DNA of 44,449 nucleotides from Perkinsus olseni (Eukaryota): NCBI GenBank assembly GCA_013115125.1, contig JABANN010000273.1, positions 1 to 44,449 of the forward strand, read 5' to 3'. Shown piece by piece: positions 38,006 to 44,449 of this stretch (position 1 is its first letter; each line of letters starts with the position of its first letter). The notes under the pieces were generated by a model. It saw only the letters and a program-made list of their open reading frames with translations, ran no database searches and was not told where the DNA came from. The position numbers and the translations under genes were made by a program.

Positions 38006-38576
38006 GTTAGTGAGCGAGATGTCCATCAAGTGACGAGCCCGTCTCAAATATTGTGTCAAGAAATAGAAGTAATTTTCAGAAAATCTGGCCAGCCCGCTAC
38101 CCCTGCTACTACTGAGGGACCGCAATACGAACAATCCTGTCGAGCGCGAACGGCGAAACTTGAACTTAACGAAACTCAACGCAACAATATTCGAATGCCG
38201 CTCTCAGCTGTTTCGCCAAACACGGCAGTAAAACCCTCGAACCTCAAATGAGAGAACAACAACTCAGTAGTTCCCTACTGTACTGGCTAACCGACCGACA
38301 ATACTCGACCACGCTCAAAGACATCAACAACATTGTTGATGCACACCCTCACGAAATCACCCCGTCCGAATGCCCTTCAGTAACAAACACAACTCGACGA
38401 TGGCCCCAATACCGGTCTGCCGGAGAAAAAGCCACTTCATACTTCAATGCGTCTACTACATCGTAGTAGCCCTATCATCAGCGAATTATAATCTCAACAA
38501 ATTAATCTAATTAATTTGCATTCACACACTAATAGTCAACTCCCTCCAAGCGCACAGGCTCGGCCAACTATACGTC

Positions 38577-41500
38577 TTATTGCTCTGGCGAGGCGACCGC
38601 TGCCGTCTTGGAGAACCCTCGCGGGGGGCGGGTTCGAGGCAGCCTCTTTTTAATTGACTTCTTCATTTCCCACAACCAGATGAGTCTGTCGTTGCGGCCC
38701 TTCGAACAGCGTGAGCGGCAAAGACGCACCCTGAAATAGATCCACTACTTTCAAACATGAAGCGAGCATCGACAAGCCCACACTCAGCCACTCACATCAG
38801 AACGATCCCAACCGCGAACACGAACACAGCCAGGAGGGCGATGACTATCCAGGAACCACCTCCAGCACTATCATCAGCCCCAGACGCCGGCGCTGCTTCG
38901 CTCTACACAAAGAAACTTGACCACTGATTTACCACAATGATACCTACATTTCCTCCGTCACCCGCGAAACCCAGACGATTGCATGGCCTGACACGAGAAA
39001 GTGTTGCCGAGCTCCACGACAGGCCCACTGCACTACGCAGCAGAAGAATCACTCACCCAGAAGTTCCATCATCCGAAGGACCGCTCTCCCAACCTTCATC
39101 ACACGCGCATTGACTAGTCTCTGGTGACCAAGCACCATGTTCGCCACAATCGGAAGAATCTGAGGAGCATTATCCCAGGCTACTAACGTCTCTGACTTAC
39201 CCGGAGCAAACGTTGTACTGCCTTGATCGTTGCGTTCAGAGGGCCCGGTGGTACCGGATAATTGGCCGCCCGTAGTCGCCACCTGACGCACCGTAGAGTC
39301 GTTGTAAACACCCTCGACCACCTTCAGAGACGAGCTGGTGGAGCCAACCGTCGTAATTCCCATCGCAACACCATCACTCGTCACGTGAGACGAGAAAGAA
39401 GTTGGCACCACACTACCAGGACCAGTCGCTGTGACTACCGAGACAGTAGTGGTGGTTTGCCTAGTGGCAGTAGCCGTGGAAGTCCACGCATTAGAAGTTG
39501 GAGCAGAAGAGCTCGTGCTGCTCACGAGGGCGTCAGTCACGAGAACGGTCGCAGTCGTAGTCACCATCCCGCTACTCACCGCGGTTGTCACGCTTGTGTC
39601 GGGAGACAGAACCACAGCCACAGTGGTCACAGGCGTGCTCGAAGTGGTGGTTGTGCTCCGGCGAGGAGACGTACTCGTAGTCGATGTAGAGGTGGTCACT
39701 CGAATAGTTGTGCTTGTCGACGTAGTCGTAGTCTCTATAGTGGCAGGAGGAAGTTCCTTCTCCACGAACACCGGCGAGATGTAGCCTTGACCCTCCTCCC
39801 TACAAACCTCGGCCGCACGCCTGAATAACAGGCTAGTCGAACCGACAACCTGCACTCCACTTACGACTGCTCGTCGTCGCCGCAATTGCACGTCTGCGAT
39901 CTCGGCCACCATTTGGTCGAACACCATGTAGGCGCCCGGAATTGGACTAAGAAATTCTCACTCTCCCTTCTCGCCACTCGAAAAGATCGAGCTCACAGAA
40001 TATCCCTGGCCCATGGGGCTCCGAGAGCTCATATCTCGGATACTTATCAAGACACCTAAAACCGAGGGAAATCGACACTGTCCTCTCCCAACGTCCACGT
40101 CGCTGCTTACACCCACTCTCCAGCCGTGAATAGCGGCTGCATCGTAACAGTAGAGCTCGGCACACAGTCTGAAACCACCATCACGATGTATACCACATGT
40201 TTGACTCACTGTAGATCTCATCAAACGACTTGTCGTACTCAGCCTCCTTCCACACAACGCAGTACCTGTAAAGGCATAATCACACACCCATCCTGAAGAT
40301 TCCCTCCTACCTCGCGGTCATGTTAGCGAAGAGCATCGAAGTCCAACCCTCATCACACTCGCACAAGTTCGAAATCAGCGTCTTGACGTCGCTCTCCTTG
40401 TACAGGGTATTGGTGTTCATACGCCCTCGACCATTGCAGTAGAGGTCAAAGTCATCTGCAAGCATAATACCATCACCCCCACCGTTTTTGCGGAGATATA
40501 TTCTACTGAGCTCAGTAGGGGGCTGAGGGGTCATGGAGCCCGCAGTGACAGGGGGTGATTTCGGAGACAGATTCACGGCGAACACAGGGGAGATAACCTC
40601 GCGTCCATCACGCCGGCAAACCTCGGGGAGCCTGATAATCTCTCGATAGTACGACCACGGGCTCGTTCCCAACTCACGCTCCATCTGCATCAGCGGCGCA
40701 GTTGCAATCCTGCGACCTGACCCACCACCTTTCCTGGCACCACGAAGGGGCTTGGAGGTGATCTGTACCAGTCCAACAAAAGTGAACGAGCATTCCCCCC
40801 TCTCTTAACAGACTCACATAAGAGCTCCGGGCCATGAGGGTCCATCAGAGTATACTTCGGCTGTTTATCGTAGCACCTACGTATCCTCGTCTATGAATCA
40901 ACACTGAGAATGCGCACTTACGCCCACTGGCCAGCCGGGAAGAAACTCTGATACGAAAGAGTGGACGTCGGCACACAGTCTGAGACAGCAATATTGAGGA
41001 CACCGCTGGTCAGCAGACCTCACCGTAGATGCTGTCAAATTCTAGGTCCAGAATTTGCTCCGTCCACACGACACAATAGCTGAAGCGAATTAACATCAAG
41101 GCAGAGTTCGCCACAGCCGCAGCTCACCTAACGCTGTAATTCGTGAAGAGCACAGAGGACCAACCAGAGTCACAAGTGCATAGGTTCATAACAATCCGAT
41201 TGATATTATCATCCTGCTGAGCAGTTTTGTTGAACTCTCCTCGGCCGTTGCAGTACGGTTCGAACACAGTCGCTGTAAGAGACATGCCGTAGCAACTTCG
41301 ATGATGACAACCTACTGGACGCCTTCGGGACTACGTTCACCGTGTAGGTGGGCACGATATTCTCTCGGTCACTTTCTTGACAAATCTCGGGAAGCCTAAA
41401 ATAATGGGACCACGGCGGGAATTGCGAGGACCCCTACGGTTTGCTGTCATCATCGCCGCAATTGCAACTCTGAGTCCTCGTCCACCATCGTCCAGGACAC

Positions 41501-42957
41501 CACGACGGATCCTGGTAACGAACTGCGAGGAAAACGGCGCTGAAAATCCAGCTATCCCACACTCAAAAGACTCACCTAGGAGCTCTGGGCCATGAGGCTG
41601 GCGGAGGGTGTACTTCGGGTATTTCTCATAACACCTAAGACGATAAAACGTGCGGCTAGGCGAAGCCGCTTCAACTTACAACCAATGACCGGCAGGGAAG
41701 TAGGGCTCGTGCTCGACAGAAGACACCGGTACGCAATCTGACGACAGCCCACACGTAAATCGACCGGACCCAGGACAAGTAATGTAGAGCTCACTGTAGG
41801 TCGCCTCCAAAGTCGCATCATACGTGAGCTTCGTCCACACTGCACAGTATCTATAAAAAGCAGTACGCTGCAATTCGCTTCACTCGGCAGACTCACCGAA
41901 CGGTGAAGTTGCTGAAGAGCAACGAGCTCCAGCCGGCATCGCATGTGCATAGATTCAGCACGACGAGGTCGACGTTCGACTCGGTATCCTGCGCGGTCTT
42001 GTTCACCTTTCCTCTACCGTTGCAGTAGGGCTCGTAGTTGTGGACTGACAACAACCAAGAAAGACTTCAATAACTAGCCCTCCACGACAGAGACTCACCG
42101 CCGGGCTTCTGGGTTGCCGCCGGTAAAGCTGCAGTCGGAGGAGCGTTCTCAGCAAATATCGGATAGATATTCGATCTCCCGTCTTGGTAACAGATCTCAG
42201 CACGCCTGAAACGACCATAGCCGCACAGCGTCACCACCCAAGCGCTCCTACGGGCGATTGTCATTCGAGCCGCAGTGGCAGTTCTGCGATCTAACCCACC
42301 ACCTTGTGCTACACCATGAAGGCGCGGAGAACAGGTCTGAAGCGGAATGGACTTCACAGCTCTTGCGCGCCTGATAGGCTACACATGATCTCGGGGCCGT
42401 GCGGCGCTAGGAGGTCGTACTTAGGGTACTTATCGAAGCATCTGATACAGAAAACGAATCGCTATTTTCGAATAACGCTGTCGCCTACACCCAATCTCCG
42501 GTGGGAAAAAGAGGCTCGTAGTTTATGGAAGAGCTGGGCACGCAATCTGAAGGGGAGAATTCGAAGGGTAGGTTGAGCAGATACCCACCGTAGATGTCGT
42601 CAAACTTCGCCGCATACGCGCTCTTGGTCCACACCACACAGTATCTGAGAAGCATTCAGGTGACAAGGGAGATCAGATAGGTCCGCCTTCACCTGACGCT
42701 CAGGTTCTTGAAGAGGAGAGAGCTCCAGCCAGAATCGCAGGTGCACATGTTCTTGACAAGATTCGTCACCGCCATCTCGTCGGTCTGAGCCGTCTTGTTT
42801 ATGCTTCCTCTGCCGTTGCAAAAGGGCTCGTAGTCGACATCTGAGAGACCAACGGGGAAGTGCTCCGTCGAGGACGGCTAATGAACTCACCCAAGGCAAC
42901 GCCTGCTCGGCTGATGATCGAAGTCAAGGCGGCAAATAGCAGTGCATTGATGGTCAT
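38577..42957 (-). CDS. Type-I membrane protein: signal peptide, four tandem Cys/Trp-rich modules, long mucin-like T/S stalk, EGF-like domain, TM helix, basic cytoplasmic tail
   Basis: ATG 42957 MTINALLFAALTSIISRAGVAL. CNGRG Cys codons at 42818, 42022, 41250 and 40436, each followed by CxCDxGW, (Y/F)C..W, PHGP and P(S/T)WC..WW.RxQxCxC exons. T/S stalk (ORF 39049..39927); CGEHGAWSPETSQCACDEGW; TM WIVIALLAVFVFAVGIVLM; tail ..AVASPEQ* (TAA 38577). Confidence 0.85.
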
Positions 42958-43272
42958 GCGCTATCCGCAAATCAACATAAATCTGAGCAACTAACCAATA
43001 CGAGCTCATTACTAGCGGACTAATTTAAGCACGAGCAATGACAGATTGGTTTAATCTAATGCGATGCACGACTTCAGTTAAAGGCCACTCGACACTTGAC
43101 AGTAACCATTCCGCAATAATGTGTAACGGCCTAAACTATTATTGGGCGAGCGAGATTTACAACGCGTCGATAGACAGTAGCGCTCGCCCGAGAACTGGGC
43201 CACGATCAACGATTAAAATTTAGTGGGTGGTACGCGGATTTATGTTGTAGTGAATTCAATGACTAAGAGCAG

Positions 43273-43300
43273 GTTCGGGTGCCCCGAACTTCGGGGCGCC
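43273..43300. repeat. Chained palindrome outside the confidently called genes
   Basis: GTTCGGG-TGC-CCCGAAC overlapping GCCCCGAA-C-TTCGGGGC. Confidence 0.65.
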
Positions 43301-44269
43301 TCGGCGAGCGTGCCTGTGCGTTGTCGCTGAGTGGTCGTCGTTCGAGGGGGTGAGGTGAAGACATCGGTGACAATTTAAAAAGGTTTCCATATTGGAATAG
43401 TATTACAGAGTATGTGTCCGGGGCATACCCAACGGTGATTTTGGTCGCGGAGCTCCTGGGACGGGATTTGAGTATGTCAGTCCGACACACTTCGAACTCG
43501 AGGGAAACTCGTTCCGCATAGTCCCCTGTTGCGCTGAGATTGCACGCTCATGATCGTGACTCGGCTGCCAGTTGGCGAACACCGATCAACACTGTTGACT
43601 GCCTCGCTCAACTCCCTGCTAGCCAATCCCCCCACCGACGAGTACACACCGACAGCCTTGACCGTTCTCGCTCGAGCTGTTAAGACTCTTAACCTCGCCT
43701 GCGGGCATACGCGCCGAACATCCCCTGGCATTCGCTAGGTCTCAGGAGGCGTTCCATAAACGGGTTTCGAATCTCAAATTCGATTACTCCACACGTTATA
43801 ACCACTCCCGAGATCAATCCCAGCGGAGAGAAAACGAGCCAGGGTCTTCTCGCAGGGGAAATCGTCGGAGCGCAGGGTTCCTGACTATTAGTACACTCGC
43901 CAGAGAGACCCGACCAAGCGTACGCGTGCGTGTCGCACGAAGTGACACAATGTGTGCACGCGTGCTCTCATGGGATACCCAGGGACTTGCGGAGTCTAAT
44001 GACATCATCGAACGTATCATGAACTCTTTTTTTTCTCCTCAAGTGAGGATCACCCTTGTTGCTGAGGGGCCTGTTGCGGCGGAAGCATAGCCTAAGCTGG
44101 GAGCCGTGCTGACCTGTGGTCAGCGAGTCGCTGATAGCGACTACCCAGCGTCGCTGATATGATAGCGAAGCTGCCACAGCACCCAGGGGCGCGCCCGAAA
44201 AGCCAGAGAAGCGGGATGCAAACATATTACATACGTCATGTACAAGATACAACTCATGGGTAGCAAGCT

Positions 44270-44449
44270 GTTAGGAGCGAGCCTACGAATGTCAGAGAAT
44301 CTCAAAAATGGGTCTCTCCCTACTGTTGCGGTACTCCCTTCTCCCTCAACGTGCGGTGCGCCTGGATAATACAAAAACTTTGATAGCTTGATAGTGCTGG
44401 CCGTTGCCGGGGCCTCGCAGACCCCATCAACGGGGACCCCCTGCTCGGC
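44270..44449 (-). CDS. Possible 3' end of a gene entering from the right edge
   Basis: Open frame AEQGVPVDGVCEAPATASTIKLSKFLYYPGAPH.. up to a GTAGGG donor. No family recognised. Confidence 0.25.

Noticed and set aside
1-44449. CRISPR array, rRNA, spliced-leader RNA gene or autonomous transposon
   Set aside because: No repeat-spacer array, rRNA-like sequence, SL exon sequence or transposase/RT motifs were seen by eye.

Overview
Eukaryotic, very intron-dense genomic DNA. Short GT-AG introns and the gene content suggest an alveolate protist of the Perkinsus type (inference only). The window is dominated by a complete axonemal inner-arm dynein heavy chain gene (DNAH10 / I1-alpha type, minus strand, 37794->11139, about 80 introns by hand count). 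Its introns hold three intact tRNA genes (2x identical Lys-CTT in opposite orientations, 1x Pro-AGG), four tRNA-3'-half/B-box relics and several chained palindromes with single-base centres. Other genes: a multi-EF-hand protein; an S28-family alpha/beta-hydrolase whose nucleophile Ser is replaced by Asp and which has odd splice junctions; a hypothetical plus-strand gene; and two paralogous type-I membrane proteins about 34 kb apart, carrying one and four copies of a Cys/Trp-rich module I do not recognise, then an S/T stalk, an EGF-like domain and a TM helix. Exon structures were assembled by eye, so internal boundaries are approximate unless stated.
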